From assembly GCF_009914755.1 (NCBI RefSeq), contig NC_060927.1: a DNA stretch of 64,000 nt; one strand, given 5' to 3'. Within the stretch, counting starts at the first letter, position 1. Every line of letters begins with the position of its first letter. Under the pieces are notes generated by a model. It searched no databases. It had not been told where the DNA came from and worked only from the letters and a program-made list of their open reading frames with translations. This DNA is from the human T2T-CHM13v2.0 reference genome, Homo sapiens. Both the position numbers and the translations under genes were made by a program. Shown one piece after another: positions 1 to 13,300 of the stretch.

Positions 1-174
1 GGCCTACAGTAGGAAAGGAAATATCTTCACCTAAAAACTAGACAGAAGTATTGTCAGAAACTTATTTGTGATATTTGCATTCAACGCACGGAGTTGAACA
101 TTCCTCTTGATGGAGCCGTTTTGAAGCACTCTTTTTGTGGAATCTGCAAGTGGATATTTGGACCTCTTTGTGGC

Positions 175-191
175 CTTCGTGTGAAACGTTA
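175..191 (+). other. Degenerate CENP-B box position, m2 (repeated in every full HOR)
   Basis: Sequence is cTTCGtgtgAaaCGtta in this copy and cTTCGtg(g/t)gAaaCGtGa in others, versus the required nTTCGnnnnAnnCGGGn. CGGG is changed to CGTG. Confidence 0.9.
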
Positions 192-340
192 TTTCTTCAT
201 TTACAACTAGACAGAAGAATTCTCAGAAACTTCTTTGTGATGTGTACTTTCAACTCCCAGAGTTGAAGCTTCCTTTCAATAGAGCACTTCTGAAACTCAG
301 TTTCTGTAGAATTTCCAGGTGGATATTTAGCACCGTTTGA

Positions 341-365
341 GGCCTATGGTGGAAAAGGCAATATC
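341..365 (+). other. A-type (pJalpha-like) box, m3; analogous A-type sites in m1, m5, m6, m8 and m10
   Basis: ggcctatggtggaaaaggcaatatc resembles the A-monomer consensus (ctatggtgaaaaaggaaatatc) at the position where B monomers carry the CENP-B box. Confidence 0.75.
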
Positions 366-514
366 TTCGTAGAAAAACTAGACAGAATGATTCTCAGAAA
401 CAACTTTGTGATGTGTGCGTTCAACTCACGGCGTTTAACCTTTCTTTTGATAGACCAGTTATGAAACACTCTTTTTGTAGAATCTGCAAGTAAATATTTG
501 GACTTTTTTGAGGC

Positions 515-531
515 CTTCATTGGAAACGGGA
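515..531 (+). other. Degenerate CENP-B box position, m4
   Basis: cTTCattggAaaCGGGa; TTCG is changed to TTCA, a CpG-deamination-type change. Confidence 0.9.
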
Positions 532-1023
532 TTTCTTCATATAAACCTTGACAGAAGAATTCCCAGAAACTTCTCTGTGATGTGTGCATTTAACTCTCAG
601 AGTTCAACCTTCCTTTTGATAGAAGAGGGTTGAAATATTCTTTTTGTAGAATTTCCAAGTGAATATTTAGAGCGGTTTCAGGCCTATGTAGAAGAGAAAA
701 TATCTTCACAGAAAAACTAGACATAACTGTTCTCTGAAGCTACTTTGTGATGTGCGCATTCAGCTTACAGAGTTTAACCTTTCTTTGGATAGAGCGGTTT
801 TAAACACTCTTTTTGTGGAATTTGCAATTCTATATTTAGAGTGCTTTCAGGCCTGTGGTACAAAAGGGAATGTCCTCACATAAAATCTAGACAGAAGCAT
901 TGTCGGAAACTACTTTGTGATACCTGCCTTCAACTCTCAGAGTTGAATATTCCTCTTGATGGAGCAGTTTTGAAAAACTCTTTTTGTTGAATCTCCAAGT
1001 GGATATTTGGACCTCTTTGTGGC

Positions 1024-1040
1024 CTTCGTTTGAGACGTGA
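1024..1040 (+). other. Degenerate CENP-B box position, m7
   Basis: cTTCGtttgAgaCGtGa; CGGG is changed to CGTG, the same lesion as in paralogous m2. Confidence 0.9.
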
Positions 1041-1363
1041 CTGCTTCATACAAAAGTAGACAGAAGAATTCTCATCAACTTCTTCGTGATGTGTGCTTTC
1101 AACTCGCAGCGTTGAAGCTTCCTTTCGATAGAGCAGTTCTGTAACTCTCTTTTTGTAGAATTTCCAAGTGGATATTTAGCGCCGTTTGAGGACTATGGTG
1201 GAAAAGGCAATATCTTCATAGAAAAACTAGACAGAATGATTCTCAGAAACTACTTTGTGATGTGTGCCTTCAACTCACAGAGTTTAACCTTTCTTTTGAT
1301 AGAGCAGTTTTGAAAAACTCTTTTTGTAGAATCTGCAAGTGTATATTGGGACTTTTCTGAGGC

Positions 1364-1380
1364 CATCTTTGGAAACGGGA
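1364..1380 (+). other. Degenerate CENP-B box position, m9
   Basis: caTCtttggAaaCGGGa; TTCG is changed to ATCT, two core changes. Confidence 0.88.
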
Positions 1381-4300
1381 TTTCTTCATATAAAACTTGA
1401 AAGAAGAATCCTCAGAAAATTACTTGTGATATGTGCATTTAACTCATGGAGTTGAAACTTCCTTTCGATAGAAGAGTTTTGAAATACTCTTTTTGTAGAA
1501 TTTCCAAGTGGATTTTTACAGCGGTTTGAGGTCTATGGCAGAAAAAGAAATATCTTCACAGAAAAACAAGGCAGATTCATTCTCCGAAGCTGTTTTGTGA
1601 TGCTTGCATTCAGCTGACAGAGTTTAAACTTCCTTTGATAGAGCAGTTTTGAAACACTCTTTTTGTGGAATTTGCAAGTGTATATTTAGAGCGTTTTGAG
1701 GCCTACAGTAGGAAAGGAAATACCTTCACCTAAAAACTAGACAGAAGTATTGTCAGAAACTTATTTGTGATATTTGCATTCAACGCACGGAGTTGAACAT
1801 TCCTCTTGATGGAGCCGTTTTGAAGCACTCTTTTTGTGGAATCTGCAAGTGGATATTTGGACCTCTTTGTGGCCTTCGTGGGAAACGTGATTTCTTCATT
1901 TACAACTAGACAGAAGAATTCTCAGAAACTTCTTTGTGATGTGTACTTTCAACTCACAGAGTTGAAGCTTCCTTTCAATAGAGCACCTTTGAAACTCAGT
2001 TTCTGTAGAATTTCCAGGTGGATATTTAACGCCGTTTGAGGCCTATGGTGCAAAAGGCAATATCTTCGTAGAAAAACTAGACAGAATGATTCTCAGAAAC
2101 AACTTTGTGATGTGTGCGTTCAACTCACGGAGTTTAACCTTTCTTTTGATAGACCAGTTATGAAACACTCTTTTTGTAGAATCTGCAAGTAAATATTTGG
2201 ACTTTTTTGAGGCCTTCATTGGAAACGGGATCTCTTCATATAAACCTTGACAGAAGAATTCCCAGAAACTTCTCTGTGATGTGAGCATTTAACTCTCAGA
2301 GTTCAACCTTCCTTTTGATAGAAGAGGGTTGAAATATTCTTTTTGTAGAATTTCCAAGTGAATATTTAGAGCGGTTTCAGGCCTATGTAGAAGAGAAAAT
2401 ATCTTCACAGAAAAACTAGACATAATTGTTCTCTGTAGCTACTTTGTGATGTGCGCATTCAGCTTACAGAGTTTAACCTTTCTTTGGATAGAGCGGTTTT
2501 AAACACTCTTTTTGTGGAATTTGCAATTCTATATTTAGAGTGCTTTCAGGCCTGTGGTACAAAAGGGAATGTCCTCACATAAAATCTAGACAGAAGCATT
2601 GTCGGAAACTACTTTGTGATACCTGCCTTCAACTCTCAGAGTTGAATATTCCTCTTGATGGAGCAGTTTTGAAAAACTCTTTTTGTTGAATCTCCAAGTG
2701 GATATTTGGACCTCTTTGTGGCCTTCGTTTGAGACGTGACTGCTTCATACAAAAGTAGACAGAAGAATTCTCATCAACTTCTTCGTGATGTGTGCTTTCA
2801 ACTCGCAACGTTGAAGCTTCCTTTCGATAGAGCAGTTCTGTAACTCTCTTTTTGTAGAATTTCCAAGTGGATATTTAGCGCCGTTTGAGGCCAATGGTGG
2901 AAAAGGCAATATCTTCATAGAAAAACTAGACAGAATGATTCTCAGAAACTACTTTGTGATGTGTGCCTTCAACTCACAGAGTTATCCTTTCTTTTGATAG
3001 AGCAGTTTTGAAAAACTCTTTTTGTAGAATCTGCAAGTGTATATTGGGACTTTTCTGAGGCCATCTTTGGAAACGGGATTTCTTCATATAAAACTTGAAA
3101 GAAGAATCCTCAGAAAATTATTTGTGATATGTGCATTTAACTCATGGAGTTGAAACTTCCTTTCGATAGAAGAGTTTTGAAATACTCTTTTTGTAGAATT
3201 TCCAAGTGGATTTTTACAGCGGTTTGAGGTCTATGGCAGCAAAAGAAATATCTTCACAGAAAAACTAGGCAGATTCATTCTCCGAAGCTGTTTTCTGATG
3301 CTTGCATTCAGCTGACAGAGTTTAAACTTCCTTTGATAGAGCAGTTTGGAAACACTCTTTTTGTGGAATTTGCAAGTGTATATTTAGAGCGTTTTGAGGC
3401 CTACAGTAGGAAAGGAAATATCTTCACCTAAAAACTAGACAGAAGTATTGTCAGAAACTTATTTGTGATATTTGCATTCAACGCACGGAGTTGAACATTC
3501 CTCTTGATATAGCCGTTTTGAAGCACTCTTTTTGTGGAATCTGCAAGTGGATATTTGGACCTCTTTGTGGCCTTCGTGGGAAACGTGATTTCTTCATTTA
3601 CAACTAGACAGAAGAATTCTCAGAAACCTCTTTGTGATGTGTACTTTCAACTCACAGAGTTGAAGCTTCCTTTCAATAGAGCACTTTTGAAACTCAGTTT
3701 CTGTAGAATTTCCAGGTGGATATTTAGCGCCGTTTGAGGCCTATGGTGGAAAAGGCAATATCTTCGTAGAAAAACTAGACAGAATGATTCTCAGAAACAA
3801 CTTTGTGATGTGTGCGTTCAACTCACGGAGTTTAACCTTTCTTTTGATAGACCAGTTATGAAACACTCTTTTTGTAGAATCTGCAAGTAAATATTTGGAC
3901 TTTTCTGAGGCCTTCATTGGAAACGGGATCTCTTCATATAAACCTTGACAGAAGAATTCCCAGAAACTTCTCTGTGATGTGTGCATTTAACTCTCAGAGT
4001 TCAACCTTCCTTTTGATAGAAGTGGGTTGAAATTTTCTTTTTGTAGAATTTCCAAGTGAATATTTAGAGCGGTTTCAGGCCTAAGTAGAAGAGAAAATAT
4101 CTTCACAGAAAAAGTAGACATAATTGTTCTCTGAAGCTACTTTGTGATGTGCGCATTCAGCTTACAGAGTTTAACCTTTCTTTGGGTCGAGCGGTTTTAA
4201 ACACTCTTTTTGTGGAATTTGCAATTCTATATTTAGAGTGCTTTCAGGCCTGTGGTACAAAAGGGAATGTCCTCACATAAAATCTAGACAGAAGCATTGT

Positions 4301-7300
4301 CGGAAACTACTTTGTGATACCTGCCTTCAACTCTCAGAGTTGAATGTTCCTCTTGATGGAGCAGTTTTGAAAAACTCTTTTTGTTGAATCTCCAAGTGGA
4401 TATTTGGACCTCTTTGTGGCCTTCGTTTGAGACGTGACTTCTTCATACAAAAGTAGACAGAAGAATTCTCATCAACTTCTTCGTGATGTGTGCTTTCAAC
4501 TCGCAGCGTTGAAGCTTCCTTTCGATAGAGCAGTTCTGTAACTCTCTTTTTGTAGAATTTCCAAGTGGATATTTAGCGCCGTTTGAGGCCAATGGTGGAA
4601 AAGGCAATATCTTCATAGAAAAACTAGACAGAATGATTCTCAGAAACTACTTTGTGATGTGTGCCTTCAACTCACAGAGTTTAACCTTTCTTTTGATAGA
4701 GCAGTTTTGAAAAACTCTTTTTGTAGAATCTGCAAGTGTATATTGGGACTTTTCTGAGGCCATCTTTGGAAACGGGATTTCTTCATATAAAACTTGAAAG
4801 AAGAATCCTCAGAAAATTATTTGTGATATGTGCATTTAACTCATGGAGTTGAAACTTCCTTTCGATAGAAGAGTTTTGAAATACTCTTTTTGTAGAATGT
4901 CCAAGTGGATTTTTACAGCGGTTGGAGGTCTATGGCAGCAAAAGAAATATCTTCACAGAAAAACTAGGCAGATTCATTCTCCGAAGCTGTTTTGTGATGC
5001 TTGCATTCAGCTGACAGAGTTTAAACTTCCTTTGATAGAGCAGTTTGGAAACACTCTTTTTGTGGAATTTGCAAGTGTATATTTAGAGCGTTTTGAGGCC
5101 TACAGTAGGAAAGGAAATATCTTCACCTAAAAAATAGACAGAAGTATTGCCAGAAACTTATTTGTGATATTTGCATTCAACGCACGGAGTTGAACATTCC
5201 TCTTGATGGAGCCGTTTTGAAGCACTCTTTTTGTGGAATCTGCAAGTGGATATTTGGACCTCTTTGTGGCCTTCGTGTGAAACGTGATTTCTTCATTTAC
5301 AACTAGACAGAAGAATTCTCAGAAACTTCTTTGTGATGTGTACTTTCAACTCACAGAGTTGAAGCTTCCTTTCAATAGAGCACTTTTGAAACTCAGTTTC
5401 TGTAGAATTTCCAGGTGGATATTTAGCGCCGTTTGAGGCCTATGGTGGAAAAGGCAATATCTTCGTAGAAAAACTAGACAGAATGATTCTCAGAAACAGC
5501 TTTGTGATGTGTGCGTTCAACTCACGGAGTTTAACCTTTCTTTTGATAGACCAGTTATGAAACACACTTTTTGTGGAATCTGCAAGTAAATATTTGGACT
5601 TTTCTGAGGCCTTCATTGGAAACGGGATCTCTTCATATAAACCTTGACAGAAGAATTCCCAGAAACTTCTCTGTGATGTGTGCATTTAACTCTCAGAGTT
5701 CAACCTTCCTTTTGATAGAAGAGGGTTGAAATATTCTTTTTGTAGAATTTCCAAGTGAATATTTAGAGCGGTTTCAGGCCTAAGTAGAAGAGAAAATATC
5801 TTCACAGAAAAACTAGACATAATTGTTCTCTGAAGCTACTTTGTGATGTGCGCATTCAGCTTACAGAGTTTAACCTTTCTTTGGATCGAGCGGTTTTAAA
5901 CACTCTTTTTGTGGAATTTGCAATTCTATATTTAGAGTGCTTTCAGGCCTGTGGTACAAAAGGGAATGTCCTCACATAAAATCTAGACAGAAGCATTGTC
6001 GGAAACTACTTTGTGATACCTGCCTTCAACTCTCAGAGTTGAATGTTCCTCTTGATGGAGCAGTTTTGAAAAACTCTTTTTGTTGAATCTCCAAGTGGAT
6101 ATTTGGACCTCTTTGTGGCCTTCGTTTGAGACGTGACTTCTTCATACAAAAGTAGACAGAAGAATTCTCATCAACTTCTTCGTGATGTGTGCTTTCAACT
6201 CGCAGCGTTGAAGCTTCCTTTCGATAGAGCAGTTCTGTAACTCTCTTTTTGTAGAATTTCCAAGTGGATATTTAGCGCCGTTTGAGGCCAATGGTGGAAA
6301 AGGCAATATCTTCATAGAAAAACTAGACAGAATGATTCTCAGAAACTACTTTGTGATGTGTGCCTTCAACTCACAGAGTTTAACCTTTCTTTTGATAGAG
6401 CAGTTTTGAAAAACTCTTTTTGTAGAATCTGCAAGTGTATATTGGGACTTTTCTGAGGCCATCTTTGGAAACGGGATTTCTTCATATAAAACTTGAAAGA
6501 AGAATCCTCAGAAAATTATTTGTGATATGTGCATTTAACTCATGGAGTTGAAACTTCCTTTCGATAGAAGAGTTTTGAAATACTCTTTTTGTAGAATTCC
6601 CAAGTGGATTTTTACAGCGGTTGGAGGTCTATGGCAGCAAAAGAAATATCTTCACAGAAAAACTAGGCAGATTCATTCTCCGAAGCTGTTTTGTGATGCT
6701 TGCATTCAGCTGACAGAGTTTAAACTTCCTTTGATAGAGCAGTTTGGAAACACTCTTTTTGTGGAATTTGCAAGTGTATATTTAGAGCGCTTTGAGGCCT
6801 ACAGTAGGAAAGGAAATATCTTCACCTAAAAACTAGACAGAAGTATTGCCAGAAACTTATTTGTGATATTTGCATTCAACGCACGGAGTTGAACATTCCT
6901 CTTGATGGAGCCGTTTTGAAGCACTCTTTTTGTGGAATCTGCAAGTGGATATTTGGACCTCTTTGTGGCCTTCGTGTGAAACGTGATTTCTTCATTTACA
7001 ACTAGACAGAAGAATTATCAGAAACTTCTTTGGGATGTGTACTTTCAACTCACAGAGTTGAAGCTTCCTTTCAATAGAGCACTTTTGAAACTCAGTTTCT
7101 GTAGAATTTCCAGGTGGATATTTAGCGCCGTTTGAGGCCTATGTTGGAAAAGGCAATATCTTCGTAGAAAAACTAGACAGAATGATTCTCAGAAACAGCT
7201 TTGTGATGTGTGCGTTCAACTCACGGAGTTTAACGTTTCTTTTGATAAACCAGTTATGAAACACTCTTTTTGTAGAATCTGCAAGTAAATATGTGGACTT

Positions 7301-10300
7301 TTTTGAGGCCTTCATTGGAAACGGGATCTCTTCATATAAACCTTGACAGAAGAATTCCCAGAAACTTCTCTGTGATGTGTGCATTTAACTCTCAGAGTTC
7401 AACCTTCCTTTTGATAGAAGAGGGTTGAAATATTCTTTTTGTAGAATTTCCAAGTGAATATTTAGAGCGGTTTCAGGCCTAAGTAGAAGAGAAAATATCT
7501 TCACAGAAAAACTAGACATAATTGTTCTCTGAAGCTACTTTGTGATGTGCGCATTCAGCTTACAGAGTTTAACCTTTCTTTGGATCGAGCGGTTTTAAAC
7601 ACTCTTTTTGTGGAATTTGCAATTCTATATTTAGAGTGCTTTCAGGCCTGTGGTACAAAAGGGAATGTCCTCACATAAAATCTAGACAGAAGCATTGTCG
7701 GAAACTACTTTGTGATACCTGCCTTCAACTCTCAGAGTTGAATGTTCCTCTTGATGGAGCAGTTTTGAAAAACTCTTTTTGTTGAATCTCCAAGTGGATA
7801 TTTGGACCTCTTTGTGGCCTTCGTTTGAGACGTGACTGCTTCATACAAAAGTAGACAGAAGAATTCTCATCAACTTCTTCGTGATGTGTGCTTTCAACTC
7901 GCAGCGTTGAAGCTTCCTTTCGATAGAGCAGTTCTGTAACTCTCTTTTTGTAGAATTTCCAAGTGGATATTTAGCGCCGTTTGCGGCCAATGGTGGAAAA
8001 GGCAATATCTTCATAGAAAAACTAGACAGAATGATTCTCAGAAACTACTTTGTGATGTGTGCCTTCAACTCACAGAGTTTAACCTTTCTTTTGATAGAGC
8101 AGTTTTGAAAAACTCTTTTTGTAGAATCTGCAAGTGTATATTGGGACTTTTCTGAGGCCATCTTTGGAAACGGGATTTCTTCATATAAAACTTGAAAGAA
8201 GAATCCTCAGAAAATTATTTGTGATATGTGCATTTAACTCATGGAGTTGAAACTTCCTTTCGATAGAAGAGTTTTGAAATACTCTTTCTGTAGAATTCCC
8301 AAGTGGATTTTTACAGCAGTTTGAGGTCTATGGCAGCAAAAGAAATATCTTCACAGAAAAACTAGGCAGATTCATTCTCCGAAGCTGTTTTGTGATGCTT
8401 GCATTCAGCTGACAGAGTTTAAACTTCCTTTGATAGAGCAGTTTGGAAACACTCTTTTTGTGGAATTTGCAAGTGTATATTTAGAGCGCTTTGAGGCCTA
8501 CAGTAGGAAAGGAAATATCTTCACCTAAAAACTAGTCAGAAGTATTGCCAGAAACTTATTTGTGATATTTGCATTCAACGCACGGAGTTGAACATTCCTC
8601 TTGATGGAGCCGTTTTGAAGCACTCTTTTTGTGGAATCTGCAAGTGGATATTTGGACCTCTTTGTGGCCTTCGTGGGAAACGTGATTTCTTCATTTACAA
8701 CTAGACAGAAGAATTCTCAGAAACTTCTTTGTGATGTGTACTTTCAACTCACAGAGTTGAAGCTTCCTTTCAATAGAGCACTTTTGAAACTCAGTTTCTG
8801 TAGAATTTCCAGGTGGATATTTAGCGCCGTTTGAGGCCTATGGTGGAAAAGGCAATATCTTCGTAGAAAAACTAGACAGAATGATTCTCAGAAACAACTT
8901 TGTGATGTGTGCGTTCAACTCACGGAGTTTAACCTTTCTTTTGATAGACCAGTTATGAAACACTCTTTTTGTAGAATCTGCAAGTAAATATTTGGACTTT
9001 TTTGAGGCCTTCATTGGAAACGGGATCTCTTCATATAAACCTTGACAGAAGAATTCCCAGAAACTTCTCTGTGATGTGTGCATTTAACTCTCAGAGTTCA
9101 ACCTTCCTTTTGATAGAAGAGGGTTGAAATATTCTTTTTGTAGAATTTCCAAGTGAATATTTAGAGCGGTTTCAGGCCTAAGTAGAAGAGAAAATATCTT
9201 CACAGAAAAACTAGACATAATTGTTCTCTGAAGCTACTTTGTGATGTGCGCATTCAGCTTACAGAGTTTAACCTTTCTTTGGATAGAGCGGTTTTAAACA
9301 CTCTTTTTGTGGAATTTGCAATTCTATATTTAGAGTGCTTTCAGGCCTGTGGTACAAAAGGGAATGTCCTCACATAAAATCTAGACAGAAGCATTGTCGG
9401 AAACTACTTTGTGATACTTGCCTTCAACTCTCAGAGTTGAATGTTCCTCTTGATGGAGCAGTTTTGAAAAACTCTTTTTGTTGAATCTCCAAGTGGATAT
9501 TTGGACCTCTTTGTGGCCTTCGTTTGAGACGTGACTTCTTCATACAAAAGTAGACAGAAGAATTCTCATAAACTTCTTCGTGATGTGTGCTTTCAACTCG
9601 CAGCGTTGAAGCTTCCTTTCGATAGAGCAGTTCTGTAACTCTCTTTTTGTAGAATTTCCAAGTGGATATTTAGCGCCGTTTGAAGCCAATGGTGGAAAAG
9701 GCAATATCTTCATAGAAAAACTAGACAGAATGATTCTCAGAAACTACTTTGTGATGTGTGCCTTCAACTCACAGAGTTTAACCTTTCTTTTGATAGAGCA
9801 GTTTTGAAAAACTCTTTTTGTAGAATCTGCAAGTGTATATTGGGACTTTTCTGAGGCCATCTTTGGAAACGGGATTTCTTCAGATAAAACTTGAAAGAAG
9901 AATCCTCAGAAAATTATTTGTGATATGTGCATTTAACTCATGGAGTTGAAACTTCCTTTCGATAGAAGAGTTTTGAAATACTCTTTTTGTAGAATTCCCA
10001 AGTGGATTTTTACAGCGGTTTGAGGTCTATGGCAGCAAAAGAAATATCTTCACAGAAAAACTAGGCAGATTCATTCTCCGAAGCTGTTTTGTGATGCTTG
10101 CATTCAGCTGACAGAGTTTAAACTTCCTTTGATAGAGCAGTTTGGAAACACTCTTTTTGTGGAATTTGCAAGTGTATATTTAGAGCGTTTTGAGGCCTAC
10201 AGTAGGAAAGGAAATATCTTCACCTAAAAACTAGACAGAAGTATTGTCAGAAACTTATTTGTGATATTTGCATTCAACGCACGGAGTTGAACATTCCTCT

Positions 10301-13300
10301 TGATGGAGCCGTTTTGAAGCACTCTTTTTGTGGAATCTGCAAGTGGATATTTGGACCTCTTTGTGGCCTTCGTGGGAAACGTGATTTCTTCATTTACAAC
10401 TAGACAGAAGAATTCTCAGAAACTTCTTTGTGATGTGTACTTTCAACTCACAGAGTTGAAGCTTCCTTTCAATAGAGCACTTTTGAAACTCAGTTTCTGT
10501 AGAATTTCCAGGTGGATATTTAGCGCCGTTTGAGGCCTATGGTGGAAAAGGCAATATCTTCGTAGAAAAACTAGACAGAATGATTCTCAGAAACAACTTT
10601 GTGATGTGTGCGTTCAACTCACGGAGTTTAACCTTTCTTTTGATAGACCAGTTATGAAACACTCTTTTTGTAGAATCTGCAAGTAAATATTTGGACTTTT
10701 TTGAGGCCTTCATTGGAAACGGGATCTCCTCATATAAACCTTGACAGAAGAATTCCCAGAAACTTCTCTGTGATGTGTGCATTTAACTCTCAGAGTTCAA
10801 CCTTCCTTTTGATAGAAGAGGGTTGAAATTTTCTTTTTGTAGAATTTCCAAGTGAATATTTAGAGCGGTTTCAGGCCTAAGTAGAAGAGAAAATATCTTC
10901 ACAGAAAAACTAGACATAATTGTTCTCTGAAGCTACTTTGTGATGTGCGCATTCAGCTTACAGAGTTTAACCTTTCTTTGGATCGAGCGGTTTTAAACAC
11001 TCTTGTTGTGGAATTTGCAATTCTATATTTAGAGTGCTTTCAGGCCTGTGGTACAAAAGGGAATGTCCTCACATAAAATCTAGACAGAAGCATTGTCGGA
11101 AACTACTTTGTGATACCTGCCTTCAACTCTCAGAGTTGAATGTTCCTCTTGATGGAGCAGTTTTGAAAAACTCTTTTTGTTGAATCTCCAAGTGGATATT
11201 TGGACCTCTTTGTGGCCTTCGTTTGAGACGTGACTTCTTCATACAAAAGTAGACAGAAGAATTCTCATCAACTTCTTCGTGATGTGTGCTTTCAACTCGC
11301 AGCGTTGAAGCTTCCTTTCGATAGAGCAGTTGTGTAACTCTCTTTTTGTAGAATTTCCAAGTGGATATTTAGCGCCGTTTGAGGCCAATGGTGGAAAAGG
11401 CAATATCTTCATAGAAAAACTAGACAGAATGATTCTCAGAAACTACTTTGTGATGTGTGCCTTCAACTCACAGAGTTTAACCTTTCTTTTGATAGAGCAG
11501 TTTTGAAAAACTCTTTTTGTAGAATCTGCAAGTGTATATTGGGACTTTTCTGAGGCCATCTTTGGAAACGGGATTTCTTCAGATAAAACTTGAAAGAAGA
11601 ATCCTCAGAAAATTATTTGTGATATGTGCATTTAACTCATGGAGTTGAAACTTCCTTTCGATAGAAGAGTTTTGAAATACTCTTTTTGTAGAATTCCCAA
11701 GTGGATTTTTACAGCGGTTTGAGGTCTATGGCAGCAAAAGAAATATCTTCACAGAAAAACTAGGCAGATTCATTCTCCGAAGCTGTTTTGTGATGCTTGC
11801 ATTCAGCTGACAGAGTTTAAACTTCCTTTGATAGAGCAGTTTGGAAACACTCTTTTTGTGGAATTTGCAAGTGTATATTTAGAGCGTTTTGAGGCCTACA
11901 GTAGGAAAGGAAACATCTTCACCTAAAAACTAGACAGAAGTATTGTCAGAAACTTATTTGTGATATTTGCATTCAACGCACGGAGTTGAACATTCCTCTT
12001 TATGGAGCCGTTTTGAAGCACTCTTTTTGTGGAATCTGCAAGTGGATATTTGGACCTCTTTGTGGCCTTCGTGGGAAACGTGATTTCTTCATTTACAACT
12101 AGACAGAAGAATTCTCAGAAACTTCTTTGTGATGTGTACTTTCAACTCACAGAGTTGAAGCTTCCTTTCAATAGAGCACTTTTGAAACTCAGTTTCTGTA
12201 GAATTTCCAGGTGGATATTTAGCGCCGTTTGAGGCCTATGGTGGAAAAGGCAATATCTTCGTAGAAAAACTAGACAGAATGATTCTCAGAAACAACTTTG
12301 TGATGTGTGCGTTCAACTCACGGAGTTTAACCTTTCTTTTGATAGACCAGTTATGAAACACTCTTTTTCTAGAATCTGCAAGTAAATATTGGGACTTTTT
12401 TGAGGCCTTCATTGGAAACGGGATCTCCTCATATAAACCTTGACAGAAGAATTCCCAGAAACTTCTCTGTGATGTGTGCATTTAACTCTCAGAGTTCAAC
12501 CTTCCTTTTGATAGAAGAGGGTTGAAATATTCTTTTTGTAGAATTTCCAAGTGAATATTTAGAGCGGTTTCAGGCCTAAGTAGAAGAGAAAATATCTTCA
12601 CAGAAAAACTAGACATAATTGTTCTCTGAAGCTACTTTGTGATGTGCGCATTCAGCTTACAGAGTTTAACCTTTCTTTGGATCGAGCGGTTTTAAACACT
12701 CTTTTTGTGGAATTTGCAATTCTATATTTAGAGTGCTTTCAGGCCTGTGGTACAAAAGGGAATGTCCTCACATAAAATCTAGACAGAAGCATTGTCAGAA
12801 ACTACTTTGTGATACCTGCCTTCAACTCTCAGAGTTGAATGTTCCTCTTGATGGAGCAGTTTTGAAAAACTCTTTTTGTTGAATCTCCAAGTGGATATTT
12901 GGACCTCTTTGTGGCCTTCGTTTGAGACGTGACTTCTTCATACAAAAGTAGACAGAAGAATTCTCATCAACTTCTTCGTGATGTGTGCTTTCAACTCGCA
13001 GCGTTGAAGCTTCCTTTCGATAGAGCAGTTCTGTAACTCTCTTTTTGTAGAATTTCCAAGTGGATATTTAGCGCCGTTTGAGGCCAATGGTGGAAAAGGC
13101 AATATCTTCATAGAAAAACTAGACAGAATGATTCTCAGAAACTACTTTGTGATGTGTGCCTTCAACTCACAGAGTTTAACCTTTCTTTTGATAGAGCAGT
13201 TTTGAAAAACGCTTTTTGTAGAATCTGCAAGTGTATATTGGGACTTTTCTGAGGCCATCTTTGGAAACGGGATTTCTTCAGATAAAACTTGAAAGAAGAA

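Larger units (their letters stand above)
1..849 (+). repeat. Pentamer half 1 of the HOR (m1-m5)
   Basis: Pairs with half 2. m1/m6 share ttcctcttgatggagc and caagtggatatttggacctctttgt; m2/m7 share gttgaagcttcctttc and atttagcgccgtttgag; m3/m8 share ggtggaaaaggcaatatcttc and gacagaatgattctcagaaac; m4/m9 share ttggaaacggga and gatagaagag; m5/m10 share cattcagct. Confidence 0.92.
1..1699 (+). repeat. Representative 10-mer HOR unit; monomers m1-m10 start at 1, 172, 341, 512, 681, 850, 1021, 1190, 1361, 1530
   Basis: Monomers were phased at the ggcc preceding the A/B box. Lengths are 171, 169, 171, 169, 169, 171, 169, 171, 169 and 170, summing to 1699. Each monomer matches the same-numbered monomer in the next unit far better than its neighbours. 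Confidence 0.96.
850..1699 (+). repeat. Pentamer half 2 of the HOR (m6-m10)
   Basis: Same paralogous matches to m1-m5 and a near-identical monomer length pattern (171/169/171/169/170). Confidence 0.92.

Noticed and set aside
1874-1890. g/t polymorphism in the m2 box (ttcgtgggaaacgtg versus ttcgtgtgaaacgtg) as a CENP-B on/off switch
   Set aside because: The variable base lies in a non-essential position, and both alleles still lack CGGG.
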